In this document: one piece after another, positions 37,395 through 50,664 of the stretch
Numbering within the stretch: the stretch's first letter is position 1
Layout: every line of letters begins with the position of its first letter
From: Vicugna vicugna
Taxonomy: Eukaryota
NCBI GenBank assembly: GCA_013265495.1
Contig: MU058213.1
Coordinates: 6,898,066-6,962,065 of the forward strand
Direction of reading: 5' to 3'
Length of the DNA: 64,000 nt
The notes under the pieces: generated by a model
Told to the model about the DNA's origin: nothing
Database searches by the model: none
Seen by the model: only the letters and a program-made list of their open reading frames with translations
Position numbers and translations under genes: made by a program

Positions 37395-39597
37395 TTCCAT
37401 GACGACATATGACGTGGACCACCTTTTCACACGCCTATTTGCCATCTGTATATCTTCTTTGGTGAAGTGTCTATTAAATAGATCTTTAACTCATTTTTAA
37501 TCAGGTGGTTTGTTTTCTTATGGTTGCCATTTTGAATAACAGTCCTTTATCAGCTGTGTCTTTTGCAAATATTTTCTCCCAGTCTGAAGCCTGCCTTTGA
37601 ATTCTCTTGACGTTGTCTTTCACAGAGCAGAAACTTTTAATTTTAGTGAAGTCTAGCTCATCAATCACCCCTGTCAAGGACAGTGTTCTTGGTGTTGTAT
37701 CTAAAAGTCACTGCCATACCCAAAGTCATCAAGGTTTTCTCTTACATTATCTTCTGGGAGTTTTACATTTTTGCATTTCACATTTAGGTTTATGATCCAT
37801 TCTGAGTTAATTTTTGAAAAGGGTGTAAGGTCTATGTCTAGATTCTCTTAAAAAAATTTTTTTTCATGTGGCTATCCAGTTGTTTCATCACCATTTGTTG
37901 AAGAGACTAACTCTGCTCGATTGTAATGCCTTTACTCCTTTGTCGAAGATCAATTGACCGTATTTACAGGGTCTATTCGAGGCTCTCTGCTCTGTTCCAT
38001 TGATCTACTTGTGTGTTCTTTCATCAGTATCACACTATCTTGATTGCTATAGTTTTATAATAAGTCTTAAATTTGGGCTTGGCAGTCCTCCAACTTTGCT
38101 ATTCTCCAACATTGTGTTTGCTGTTCTGGGTCTTCTGCCTTTCCATGTAAGCTTTAGAAGCAGTTTGTCAATATCTGCAAAATAAGTTGCTAATATTTTG
38201 ATTGGGATTTCATTGAACCTATTGATCAAGTTGGAAAAAACTGACAGCCTAACTATTCGATATTCCTATCCATGAACATGGAATATCTCTCCATTTATTT
38301 AGTTTGTCTTTGATGTCATTTATCAGAGTTTTATACATATTTTATTAATATATAGATCTTATATATATTTTGTTAAATTTTTACCTAAGTGTTTCTTTTG
38401 GTAGGGAGTGATAAAGTAAATGGTATTGGGTTTCTGATTTCAAATTCCACTTGTTTATTGCTGCTGTATAGCAAAGTGATTGACTTTTTTATGTTGATAT
38501 TGTGTCCTGCAAACCTGCCATAATCACTTATTAGTTCCAGGAGGTTTCCTGTCCATTCTTTTGGATTTTCTAGATAGATAAGCATGTCTTCTGAGAACAA
38601 AGACAGTTTTATTTCTTCCTTCCCAATCTGTATACCTTTTATTTCCTTTTCTTGTTTTACCACATTAGCTAGAACTTCCAGTATAATGTTGACAAAGAGT
38701 AGTGTGAGGGACACCACTGTCTTGTACCTAGATCATAGAGGGAAAGCTTTGAGTTTCTCACCATTAAATATAATGTCAGCTGTAGGGTTTTTGTATATAA
38801 TGTTTATCAAGTTGATGAAGTCCCCCTCTAATCCTAGTTTATTGAGAGTTTTTACCATGAGTGAGTGCTGGATTTTGTCAAATGCTTTTCCTGCATCTAC
38901 TGATATAATCATATAATTTTTCTTTTTTAGCCTGTTGGTATGTGATGGATTACATTAGTTGTTTTTCAACTACTGAACCAGTTTTGTTCACTTGGGATAA
39001 ATCTCATTAGACTGTGGTGAAAAATATTTTCATACATTTTTGGATTCAGTTTACTAATATTTTATTGAGGATTCCTACATCTATGTTCATAAGAGGTATT
39101 TGCTTGCAGTTTTCGTTTCTTATAATGTCTGTCTAGTGTTGGTATTAGGGTCTCACAGTGTGAGTGAGGAAGAATTTCCTCTGTTTCTATCTTCTGGAAG
39201 AGACTGCAGAAAATTGGTGTAATTTCTTCCTTACATGTTTGGTAGTATTCACTAGTGAACCCACCTGGGCCTGGTGCTCTCTGTTTCAGAAGGTTATTAA
39301 TTATTGATACAATTTCCTTCATAGACATGGGCATTTTAGGTTGTCTGTTTCTTCTTGTGTGAGACAAATGGCAAATCATGTCTTTCAAGGAATTGGATCA
39401 TTTCATCTAGGTTATCAAATTTGGGGGCATAGAGTTGTTCATAGCATTCTCTGATTTTCCTTTTATTGTCCATAGGATCTGTAATGATGTTCAGGTCTTT
39501 CATTTTTGACATTAGTAATTTGTGTCATCACTCTCTTTTTTCTTAGTTAGCCTGGCCAGAGGTTTATAGATTTTACTGATCTTTTTAAAGAACCATC
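37395..39597 (-). mobile_element. L1 ORF2 fragment including decayed reverse transcriptase region
   Basis: 'LLFVNIILEVLANVVKQEKEIKGIQIGKEEIKLSLFSEDMLIYLENP' (38385-38717), FADD motif mutated to FSED; multiple frameshifts. Confidence 0.92.
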
Positions 39598-40008
39598 TAA
39601 GGATACAAAGTTGAATAAAACATTTTTTCTGTCATCAAGAAGCTCTATCTAGTAAAATAGAAGGATATGAGAACCACTAACTATAATGAAATATGATAAT
39701 ACATAATGGAGATAAGTATATACATTATTCTGGGGAGAGAGATGAAGGAAGATTAAATGTGCCCTAGGAAGTAAGAAAATGCTTTCTTAAGCTACTCTTA
39801 CTCAAATGTAACCTCTGTTTCTTTCTTTCCTTGATGGTTTCAGGTAGAATTAATTTACTGTTATATCAGTGTTTCCATAACACCTTTTATAGTCACCAAC
39901 CATATTCATTATCACATTTTACTACAGTTTGTTTATAACTCTATCAGTAACATGAAAGTATAAGTTTCTTGAAAGGGTGGTACAGATCTTACTCATTTTC
40001 ATATTTCT

Positions 40009-41337
40009 TTCATTTTTTAAAACATTTTTTATTGAGTTATAGTCATTTTACAATGTTGTATCAAATTCCAGTGTAGAGCACAATTTTTCAATTATACATG
40101 AATATACATATATTGTCACATTTTTTTCACTGTGAACAACCATAAGATCTTGTATATATTTCCCTGTGCTATACAGTATAATCTTGTTTATCTATTCTAC
40201 ATATGCCTGTCAGTATCTACAAATTTTGAACTCCCAGTCTGTCCCTTCCCAACCCCCTCCCCATTGGCAACCACAAGTTTGTATTCTATGTCTATGGGTC
40301 TGTTTCTATTTTGTATTTATGTTTTTTTGGAGGGTTTTTGTTTGTTTGTTTGTTTTAGATTCCACAAATGAGTGATCTCATGTGGTATTTTTCTTTCTCT
40401 TTCTGGCTTACTTCACATAGAATGACATTCTCCAGGAACATCCATGTTGCTGCAAATGGCATTATGTTGTCGTCTTTTATGGCTGAACAGTATTCCACTG
40501 TATAAATATACCACCTCTTCTTTATCCAGTCATCTGTTAATGGGCATTTAGGCTGTTTCCAGGTCTTGGCTATTGTATATAGTGCTGCTATGAACACTGG
40601 GGTGCAGGTGTCTTTTTGAAGTAGGGTTCCTTCTGGATATATGCCCAGGAGCGGGATTCCTGGGTCATATGGTAAGTCTATTCCTAGTCTTTTGAGGAAT
40701 TTCCATACTGTTTTCCACAGTGGCGGCACCAAACTGCATTCCCACCAGCAGTGTAGGAGGGTTCCCTTTTCTCCACACCCTCTCCAGCATTTGTCATTTG
40801 TGTACTTTTGAATGACGGCCATTCTGACTGGTGTGAGGTGATACCTCATTGTAGTTTTGCCTTGCATTTCTCTGGTAATTAGTGATATTGAGCATTTTTC
40901 CATGTGTCTATTGATCATTTGTATGTCTTCCTTGGAAAATTGCTTTTTTAGGTCTTCTGCCCATTTTTGGATTGGGTTGTTTGTTTTTTTCTTATTAAGT
41001 CGTATGAGCTGCTTCTATATTCTGGAGATCAAGCCTTTGTCGGTTTCATTTGCAAAAATTTTCTCCCATTTCGTAGGTTGTCGTTTTGTTTTACTTATGG
41101 TTTCCTTTTTTGTGCAGAAGCTTGTAAGTTTAATTAGGTCCCATTTGTTTATTCTTGCTTTTATTTTTATTGCTTGGGTAGGCTGCCCTAGGAGAACATT
41201 TTTGAGATGTATGTCAGATAATGTTTTGCCTATATTTTCTTCTAGGAGGTTTAATGTATCTTGTCTTATGTTGAAGTCTTTAATCCATTTTGAGTTTATT
41301 TTTGTGTATGGTGTAAGGGAGTGTTCTAGCTTCATTG
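40009..41337 (-). mobile_element. Relatively young 5'-truncated L1
   Basis: Well-preserved ORF2 C-terminus (40355-40918, 41015-41335) and 3' UTR; perfect 18-bp TSD ACTCATTTTCATATTTCT (39991-40008 / 41338-41355). Confidence 0.95.
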
Positions 41338-42702
41338 ACTCATTTTCATATTTCTAGTACTCAAGAATGCCAACAATATAGTATGAGTTTAGTAAATTTT
41401 TTATATGTAAGTGTATACAAATATGGATGGATAAATGAGGTAATATATGACATTATCACAACTATTATATTAACAAAGCTATATTATTTATATTAACACA
41501 ATAATTTGTGCAGATATTAAAGCTATAACATAGTAAACTTGAAAAAAAGAGCCTTAATTGAACATATGTATAACTAGCAATAAGACATTAAAATTCATAT
41601 TATTTATCTTAAATAAATTGTAGACAGTCATTCCTCAGTATGCCTTACAGAAAATCTCCCCTATTCAATCAAACATTTCTCTGCTGTTGAGAATGATCTG
41701 TAAGGCTAAAATTAATATACAATTACTTTTGTTAACTGCATAAAGTTGGGTAATCACTTGGTTATCTGAGAGGCTAACACCACAAATCAAAGTGACCATT
41801 ACAATCCAAAGAAGATGAATTCAGATGCATTTAGAATGACTGCCTTGAGGAAAAACCTCAAAGTCATGCTTAACTATAAGGTGGAGGGAAAATTAGCAAA
41901 GGCTCAAAGGGTAAAACACTGAACTCTGACATTTTAATATTCTGCTGTGCAAAACATGTCTCTAAGAGTCATAACACACACCATTTCTATGTTTCTCCTT
42001 GGAAATGGAATTACCATTCTTGCACTAACTGGAAATGGTAACTTCTTAAATTGTTAATAGCTTCCCCAGGCTTCTGCTTCTTTGCTGTGCAATCATTTTG
42101 GCTTCAAATTATGAAAATATTGCAAAGTGTGCTTATCAGCCTGCAGTCCTAACGCTCTTTCTATACTGAAAATAACTTTTGCACTGGGGAATAAACTACA
42201 GCGGTCCACTTCTGGGCAGCAAGTATTTTAACCTATAAGTCCATTGCACATTTGTACCTAATTTCTTATACTGACAGATAACACATCTAGATTTTAGGCA
42301 TCACAAACTGATTTTGCTAAACACTATGTCACACTTAGCATATGGTAAATCTTGCCAATTGTCTTGAGTTCAATGCTTGATGGGAGTGGAGTCAGAAGGT
42401 GCCTACTGGTAATGAGTATGTAACTGGAGTAGTCATTGAATTGGGGAGGAAGAGGTGGAACTCAAAGTAATAAAAAAAAATGGATCCTGTCACAAGAATA
42501 TAAATGCAACACGCTTCAAGGAATTAAATGAAGAAATGTAGGTGAGGGAAAATAAGATAAGGAACTATTCAGATGAAGTGAGTAGACAAAATGAAAGAGG
42601 ATGACAAATTAGAATTCAGATTTAAAACAGTCCACTGTATGCAAATTGAGATGCACCATGTGACTTAGGAAACTTCTGAAAACCTTTAAAACAATATTAC
42701 AT

Positions 42703-43494
42703 TTAATTATATGGAAATACAAAAGACCCTGAACAGCCAAAACAATCTTGAGAAAGAACAGAGCTGGAGGAATCATGTTCTCTTCAGACTATAATACAAA
42801 TCTACAGTAATCAAAACAGTACAGTACTGGCACAAAAACAGATACATAGAACAAAAGCAAAAATAAACAGATGGGACCTAATAAAACTTAAAAGCTTTTG
42901 CATAGCAAAGGAAATCATTGACAAAACAAAAAGACAACCTACTGAATGGAAGAAGATATTTGTAAATGATATGACCAACAAGGGGTTAATATCCAACATA
43001 TGTAAACAGCTCATACAACTCAACATCAAAAAACCCAAAGAATCTGGTTAAAAATGGGCAGAAGAACTGAAAAGACATTTTTCCAAAGAGGAAATACAGA
43101 TGGCCAACAGGTATACGAAAAGATACCCAACATCGCTCATCATCAGGGAAATGCAAATCAAAACCACAAGATATCACTTCATCTGTCACAATTGCTATCA
43201 TCAAAAAGAACACAAATAACAGATGTTGGCAAGGACGTGGAGAAAACTCTCCTACACTGTTGGTGGTGTAAACTGGTGCAGCACTATGGAAAACACTATG
43301 GAGATTTCTCAAAAACTAAAAATAAAACTACCACATGACTTAGCAATTCCACTCCTAGGTATATATCTGAAAAAGACAAAACACTAATTTGAAAAGATAC
43401 ACACACCCCAATGTTCATGGCAGCATTTTTTACAACTGCCAAGGTATGGAAGCAACCTAAGTGTCCATCAACAGATGAATGGATAAAGAAGTTG

Positions 43495-43545
<51 letters not shown>

Positions 43546-43909
43546 AATACTACTCAGCCATAAAAAGAAAAATTTTGTCATTTGCAGAACAGGGATGGAG
43601 CTGGAGGACATTACGCTAAGTGAAAAGTAAGTCAGAGAAAGACAAATACTGTATGATATCACTTATATATGAAGTCTACAATACAACAAACTAGAGAATA
43701 AAAGAAAAAAGAAAAAAGGAGCAGACTCACAGATACAGAGAACAAGCTAGTTGTTACCAGTGGGGAGAGGGAAGGGGGAGGGGCAATACAGGGGTAGGAA
43801 ATTAAAAAAGGGTTATTATGAGATTATATGAAATTATGTGTGTGAAATGTTTGAAAACTGCAAAGAACTATAGAATTAAACATTAAAAATAAAAAAAATG
43901 TTTGAATGG
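42703..43909 (+). mobile_element. 5'-truncated L1 with an internal ORF2 deletion near 42850
   Basis: ORF2 3' part and 3' UTR; TSD TAAAACA(AT/GC)ATTACAT (42687-42702 / 43910-43925). Confidence 0.85.
43496..43543. repeat. (CA)24 microsatellite inside L1
   Basis: Perfect CA dinucleotide run of 48 nt. Confidence 0.95.
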
Positions 43910-44336
43910 TAAAACAGCATTACATATTGTTTGCAGACACTTGGATATGCACTAATAGCACACAAAATGTGGACAGGAAAGATACATATCAACTCTGGGA
44001 TAATGGTTACCTCTAAGGGGTGGGGAAGGGGAATGTGTTGGAGAGGAATGTTCAACAGTCATTATAACATTCTATTTCTTTTTCAAAAATGAGACAGATA
44101 CAGCAAAAACTAAACTTTTCATGACACTTTGGAGTCTATTACTTTCTGTATATTTGGAATATTTCAAAAATATGAAGAAAAATATTTGAAATTTACATGT
44201 GTAATGTAGTGAGCAAGGTATTTCAAAAACCTTAAAGTAAACAGAACAAGTACATCTTTCAGCCCTTTCTTTTTAACACTGCTTGATGAAAGCCAACAGT
44301 AAATGACTGAAAGAAATGCAATTCAGTGTAAACAAC

Positions 44337-44416
44337 TTGGTGAGGTCGGGAGGTGGTCAAAATGATGCCAACTGGATACCTTTGGTGGTCCCAAGGTGGT
44401 CTGGCTCTTGGTGGTC
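44337..44416 (-). promoter_or_regulatory. Homotypic cluster of GACCACC motifs (GLI-type core)
   Basis: GGTGGTC on + at 44352-44358, 44384-44390, 44395-44401 and 44410-44416; two read GACCACCAA on the minus strand. Confidence 0.5.
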
Positions 44417-44852
44417 TGGCCACCTGAGTAACACAGAGTACCATGTTGGATAAGCAACAGACAGCCCTGGATTCAAAGTTTTATTCAATGCCAAGAACTT
44501 ATTCCTTCTGTTAAGTTCAGCCAAGCTGGCACAGAACAGCTGTCCTCCTCAGAGGGTTGTGGAGCATGACAAAAACAAATGCCGAAATAAAAGGTCCCCC
44601 AAGGCAAACAGCGCTGAGGGTACCTGTGAGCAGAGACTGCCTAGGGGCAAGGCACCTAATTTCCATGCAGAGTCAGATCACTGCCATTTTAGAGTTACTT
44701 TCTTTTTCAAATAGACAATTTAATCAATGATGACTATTAATATGTTTTTGTATGAAGTTTAATAAACGCACAAAACAAAGAAGAAGTTTGGGCAACTACT
44801 TAAATATTACACAACAGAGCATAAGAGCACAAAGTCATTACTGTATTCTTTT

Positions 44853-44935
44853 TTTTAATGAAGGTACTAGGAGTTGAACCCAGGACCTCGTGCACGCTAA
44901 GCATGGGCTCTACCACTGAGCTATATCCTCACACC
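44853..44935 (-). mobile_element. vic-1-type SINE, short form (tRNA region plus A-tail only)
   Basis: 'ggagttgaacccaggacctcgtgcacgctaagcatg...ctaccactgagctata'; perfect 17-bp TSD CATTACTGTATTCTTTT (44836-44852 / 44936-44952). Confidence 0.9.
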
Positions 44936-45543
44936 CATTACTGTATTCTTTATTGCTATTTATTTTCATTGAAACATCAGCAAATGAATAAAAATGTTCA
45001 CCACCACCTGGGCATTTTTAAGTAGATGTAACCAAACTGCCACCTTGGTCATTAAAATAATAACATTGCTAAAATTCCAGAAAAGCAGCCATAGTTCTAG
45101 AGATCTGAATGCATACAATCTTCCTATAACCCTCCCTGGCTCCTGCTACGAAGGCAAAGGGATGATGTTCCTATTTTCCCTTCCATCTGCTCTTTTTTGC
45201 CCATTTCCAGACTTCCTGTGATAATCACTTTAACTGGCTGCACATATATAGTGATTGGAAGGGGAGCCATGTGATTTTCCTCGCTGTCCATCCCCGTTCA
45301 CTATCCCCGAGAATGACCATAACTATATGAACTAAATTCTCTAGGGGAGCCCTTTAGAAGCATTCAGACAAGTGGCTTCACCCTGGAATGTTGTGAATGC
45401 TAGAGAAGCCAGGAGGTATGAGCCTACTGGGAACCCCAGGTGCAGTCCCCTCTCCCATTTACCAAGATTCTTGCAAAGGCCAAAGAATGCTGAGATGTAC
45501 AGGGTGTCTAGACCTTCAAGATCTTGTGCCTCTAGTCTGGACC

Positions 45544-45742
45544 ACTGGTTCTCGGAGTGTCATCTCCAGACCATCAGCATCCGCATCACCTGGGAACGTG
45601 TTAAAAATGCAAATTCTCAGCCTTCACTCCAGACCAGATCATGAATCAGATAAATCAGAAACTGGTGATGGGTATCAGCAATCTGTGTTTTAACCAATCC
45701 TCCAGGTAATTCTGATGCTTGCCAAAGTTTGAGGACCACAGG
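45544..45742. mobile_element. MER5A MITE, near full length
   Basis: 'cagcatccgcatcacctgggaacgtgttaaaaatgcaaattctcag...tctgtgttttaaccaatcctccaggtaattctgatgc...aagtttgaggaccac'. Confidence 0.88.
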
Positions 45743-45764
45743 TTATTCTCAATTTTGGAGGTGG

Positions 45765-45950
45765 AACAGTGTAGAGTGTAGATTCTGGAGCCAGACTTTC
45801 TGACTTCAAATTCCAGGTCTTCCAGTAACCATATGCTATTGCACAAACTGATTCACCTTTTCTATGTCTCAATTTCCTTATCAGTAAAATGGGCTTAATA
45901 GTAGTATAGCTAGCCATTGGTTGGTTGTAAAGATTAAAAGAATTGTTTTA
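45765..45950 (+). mobile_element. MIR SINE
   Basis: 'ttctggagccagact...tctcaatttccttatcagtaaaatggg...ggttgtaaagattaaa'. Confidence 0.7.
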
Positions 45951-46620
45951 ATAACTGTTAACTACTCTTATGAAGTTAAACTACTTATTGAGGCATCTTC
46001 TCCTAAGGAAGGAAGACTTGGCTCAAGTTCTGTCTTGGGCAAACCCCTTTACTTTGCTGAGACACAAGGACTTCATCTGTAAATGGGACAATTACATCTG
46101 AACCACTTGCATCACTGGGCTGGTATAAGTTCTCTGCAAACTGAAAGAGCTATCTAACGCATGGTAGCAAACATATGTCACCTTCATGATTATGATTTTT
46201 TTCCCCCATCAGGTGCAGTGCAAATCCAATGAACTGTCTCTTTCAGTTTCCTTCCACCAGCTGATCATTCTACCTCCTTTTCAGTGAGCACTCAATTCAT
46301 ACTGAGAACAGCTGCCAGTCTACAAGCTATTTTTCTAGTGTTTTCTATAGTACTTGTTTCGAATCCAGACATTCTCTCTTCTCTTCACTGACATCATTCT
46401 CGCTAAATAAATATTTATTATTCCCCCAGTGGTTTCCATCTGAGTTGAAAATATGCCATAGTTAGCAGAATGACTTACCTGTTAATATCCTGCCAAACTT
46501 GTATAGAGTCATTATACTGAAGACCCATTACAATAGTAACCATTGATTGAGCAATCATTCAGAATACAGTACAGTGCACATACCCCATTTCATTCACTCC
46601 TCAAAACAACCCCATGAAGC

Positions 46621-47065
46621 TGAGACAAGAGGGAAGGGGACAGGGCACAACCATTAAAACAACAACTCAGCAATTGAGAATAGGACAGAAACTGGTTAAA
46701 ACCAAGACGGCAGAAGGTTTGACTTCCAGTAGACCTTGAGTCTCCTTCTAGGCTCATTGTAACATACTAGCGTGGTAAATGACACACCCACAGGCATGAT
46801 GACAGTTCCGGGGCCCAATTCTTGAAAATTTCCACCCCTCACCTCAAATAGTTGGAATAATCCTCCCACTTGCTGGCATATGAAATTACCCAGTCCATAA
46901 AAACTAACAACTCCATACCCTGGGGCCACCTCTCTTGCCTTCTGAGAGAGCCGGCACTCCGTCTATGGAGTGTGTGTCTCCCTGAATAAATCTACTTTCA
47001 CTTTACCATGGCTTGCTCTTGAATTCTTTCCTGTGAAAGACAAGAATTTACATTCTCCAGCAACA
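46621..47065 (+). mobile_element. Class I ERV solo LTR, MER41-like
   Basis: TG...CA termini, 4-bp TSD AAGC, AATAAA at 46985-46990, MER41-like motifs 'gacacacccacag..catgatgacagtt', 'ctatggagt', 'aataaatctactttcactttac...tgaattctttcctg'; splits a reverse MIR. Confidence 0.85.
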
Positions 47066-48059
47066 AAGCAAGCACTAAATAAGAAAAGCAAGGCTGCGAG
47101 AAGGTAAGTAACTTGGCCCAAGCTTCTCCAGCTAGGGAGCTCTCTTTGATTCTTATAGTTCTCTCAATGACCCACCTTGCATAATAGAATCATCTTGCAG
47201 TGGAACTCTTTTGGCACTTTGAAAACTAAACCTACTAACACAAGGACAAAGACAAATGAATCAGCTCATATCACACGCCTCTCAGTGAGAAAACCTGTAT
47301 TTGAGTAGAGTTTGAGTGATATTTTAGGAATGAACGGCCAAGAAGCATTTCATCCTTCTCCACTTACTACCTCTGTCACCAAGAAGATCAAGGCTGTGCT
47401 TAGATGGGTATCTAGCTTGAGCTAAATAAACCAAAATTAAATTACCACTCTCATCCCATTACACAACTATTGGGTTTTTTGTTTGTTTGTTTAAACTTAA
47501 CCACATTGATTTATCTGTTCCTCACCCTCATCCCTGGGGCACGTGTTTTTTAACCAACAATTGCAATGACATCACTTGTCTGTTCAAAAACTTCTGTTAT
47601 TGACTCTCTTCGATTTATTTATTTTCCATATGGCTTTCATCACTGAAAGGGGTCAGTATGCAGAGATTCACCTGGAAAAGTCTAAATATCTACAAAACCT
47701 TAAAGTTTATTTAGAAATGTGACCTACATAAGAAAATCCTATTTACTCAAAACATCTTCTTAGGATGCGAGTGAAAAATGTCCAATAATCACCAAAGGAG
47801 TGTTCATAAAAACCGACGACTGCAAGCCTTTAAATAGTGCCAAAAGATCTCTCAACCAACCTCTTTACTTGACAGATGCCATCTCTGAGGGCTTCCAGAG
47901 ACTCACCCATGATCCTTCAACTGGTGGAAGCCATACTTAAAACTCAGTTTTATTTAAATGGGTTTCAGGCTTTTTCTTTGTTACAGTGCCTTGAAAAACA
48001 AATCTATGTAGTTTCCCAAGCATACAGACCTGAGAACTGCCCTCCAGAAATATCTGAAT

Positions 48060-50340
48060 AAATTAATTTTCTAACTCAAATGCAAATGAAGTGTAACTCA
48101 GTAGATCTTTTCATCCCAAGCCTGAATTCTGTTGAGGTTCACAGTGCATTTGCTTCAACTTTTGAAGTAGATTTTGTGAAGATCCTCAGCTGTTACCCAC
48201 AGATGGTATGAATTTATGGAGTGCTAGTCTGGATAAAAACAGCATTATAACATAAAATGCATCATTAATACTTTAAAACCCAGCATGATTTATATTTATA
48301 TAAATAACATAAAAGAAGCCAATTAAACCAAAGTCACTGGAGTGTAAATAACATAAAAAACTTATTGTTCTGTAAGCTACTGAAAATAAACTAATAATGA
48401 AAGTATTTATCATACGTCTAAAAACCAAGCAGGTATGAGTGGGTTAAGCAGACTGTAGAGGGAACCGTTTTTATTTCTCTGACATTGTTTAATGCAGGCC
48501 CAACATTTTCATCCAGTTCAGATCCATTTAAAATGTGACATCATCTCTGAAAGCTGCCTTTTGCCCACTTGAGTAATTAATAATTTAAGTGTAACAAGGA
48601 CATCTTGATTCAAACACTTGGTAATCTGACTAGGAGAATATTTAAAATTCATTACAGTACATTAAACTTGCACTGAACAGTTAGCTTCATTGCAAAATAA
48701 ATAAACAGCCAATTTGCTTTGATCAGCAAAAATTCTGATAAAATCAGCAAAACACCAATTAAATGTGAAAAATGTCACCTACCGTAGTTATTCTAATGGA
48801 ACATGGACTTAAAGGAAGGAACTGATTCAATGTTTATTTTCAGACCAGCTGTGGCTTCCAAATGTACATCATTTCACTTTTTGCCAGTGTAGCTAGCTCC
48901 TACGAGGCCCCTGCATTGATCTGATGGCTGAACAATTTGTATTACATAATAAGGCCTCTCTATGGGGGTTACAGTTGAATTCCCTTAATTTCCTGGCAAA
49001 TCACTGTTTCCTTTAAGTATTTTAGGAGTCTTCCCATCTCCTGGAGTACTGTCAACTGATCGAGGTCACAAGCTGTGACCAAATGACCCCTGGTCCTTCC
49101 TGGCATGTGTGAACACTGTCCTGGGTGGAGGCAGTCTCTCTTGGAAGCATCATGACTCTTTGATCTTGCTTCTTGTCATATTAGTCATTTTTGTCGCTCA
49201 GCACAATGCTGCTATCCGTCCAGAATCATTCCGACTGCCGTCACAGCATGGCAAGTCCAAGCTTACGACGTGTTTGTTCATTTCTAGTACTTAACCTAGT
49301 GCTGAGTGCCAAGTGCCTTGCAGATGCTCAATGAATCGGTGCTAGAAGGACCAATAAGTCCCACCCGAGTGTCAGTCTCTTTCAGCTAATTCTATGGCAC
49401 TTGCTTGGACCTCCTGATCTCAGTATCCAGAAATCATGTCTTGGGATCCCAGTGCCCCTCAAATAAAGGGAATAATTATGGTGCAAGAGGAAAAACTGCT
49501 TAAAATTTTACTGCATGCCCTGTTTATGGAATTAACAACCAAAACAAAAAGAACAAAAAAATAGCGTTGCTTCAAATTGCAAGATGGGTTTTCTTTCCTC
49601 ATCTGCCTTTTCTTCCATGTAGGCAGTTTCTTTTTAACAGAAACCATGAATTCATTTCTAACGAGCATCGTGGAATCTCTGTCAGTTCTGGCCACTTCAG
49701 AAATCAGTAACAGGAAAGGAATGTGCAAAAATGAAAATAATTGTGCTGTGTCGTGGGCGCTGTTTTCTTCTTTTGAATTTTTTCAAAATGTTGTTTCATC
49801 ATCTTTTCAATAATTACACACAGCAGATATTTAAGAAGAAATGTTATGATGAGATCCTCAGCATGGAACCAGGCCCATTTGCAAATGAATTTGCTCATTA
49901 TCCAATTAGAAGATGGAGCCCCCGTTTAAGCAAACCCACAGTTCAAAAATACCCAAATTAAATTTAAACACCTCCTGGCAACTCATAATGAGTCTAAAAT
50001 TAAACGAAATAACAGCAATTTTACTGAGTTCAAAACAACTAATTGTTTGGGAGCTGCTCTCACTCATTTGAAATTTTGTCCAATTATTACTATTGCATTT
50101 CATACGCTGAATTTATATTTTTGCCCTACTTAAGAGATGCCTTTTAATAATAAGGGAATGGGCCAGTCCATTTGCCAATAAGATGAATTCTGCGTGTGTG
50201 CCTTAACTTATACACTGCAAAACTCAACCTTGAATACATCCTTATGAATTTAAGACAGTATTTGTATCCTTAAAGAAAAGTTAGCGAGACACATGATCTT
50301 ATCTGCAATCGGTCATTTATTTTCATTTAATTAGAATGCA
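48060..50340. promoter_or_regulatory. Largely repeat-free AT-rich block; candidate cluster of conserved enhancers
   Basis: Dense TAAT/ATTA; octamer ATGCAAAT at 48080-48087; palindrome CATTTGCAAATG at 49876-49887; only a small L2 piece near 49250-49340. Confidence 0.45.
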
Positions 50341-50585
50341 CAGTGTAGAGAAATCAGAAAGGTCTTCGTGCAGACCCCAGCCACCACCCTCCACCACTGC
50401 CTGTTTGCTGAGATCTTATGCAAGTACCTTAACCTCTCCAAGCTTAATTTTCCTGTATTTATAAAACGGAGTAACAATATACCTACTTGGCAAGATTGCT
50501 GTGAAGACTAGATGATCATAAACGTAAAACATGCAGGAGAACTCTTGGCACATAGTAATCACTCAATAAATTCCAGCCACTATAA
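50340..50585 (+). mobile_element. MIR SINE
   Basis: 'gcaagtaccttaacctctccaagcttaattttcc...ttggcacatagtaatcactcaataaat'. Confidence 0.8.
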
Positions 50586-50664
50586 TTTTAGTCACTACCA
50601 GGTATGCCATGTTTAAAAAACACCTTCAGGCAAGTTAATAAGATGCAGGGCCTTGGTCCTCAAA

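Noticed and set aside
40355..41357. 187-aa, 166-aa and 106-aa ORFs as genes
   Set aside because: Sense and antisense frames of a truncated L1 ORF2
44259..44444. 61-aa minus-strand ORF or possible exon over the GACCACC cluster
   Set aside because: No recognisable protein, weak splice signals; the repeated motif is better explained as DNA-level sites
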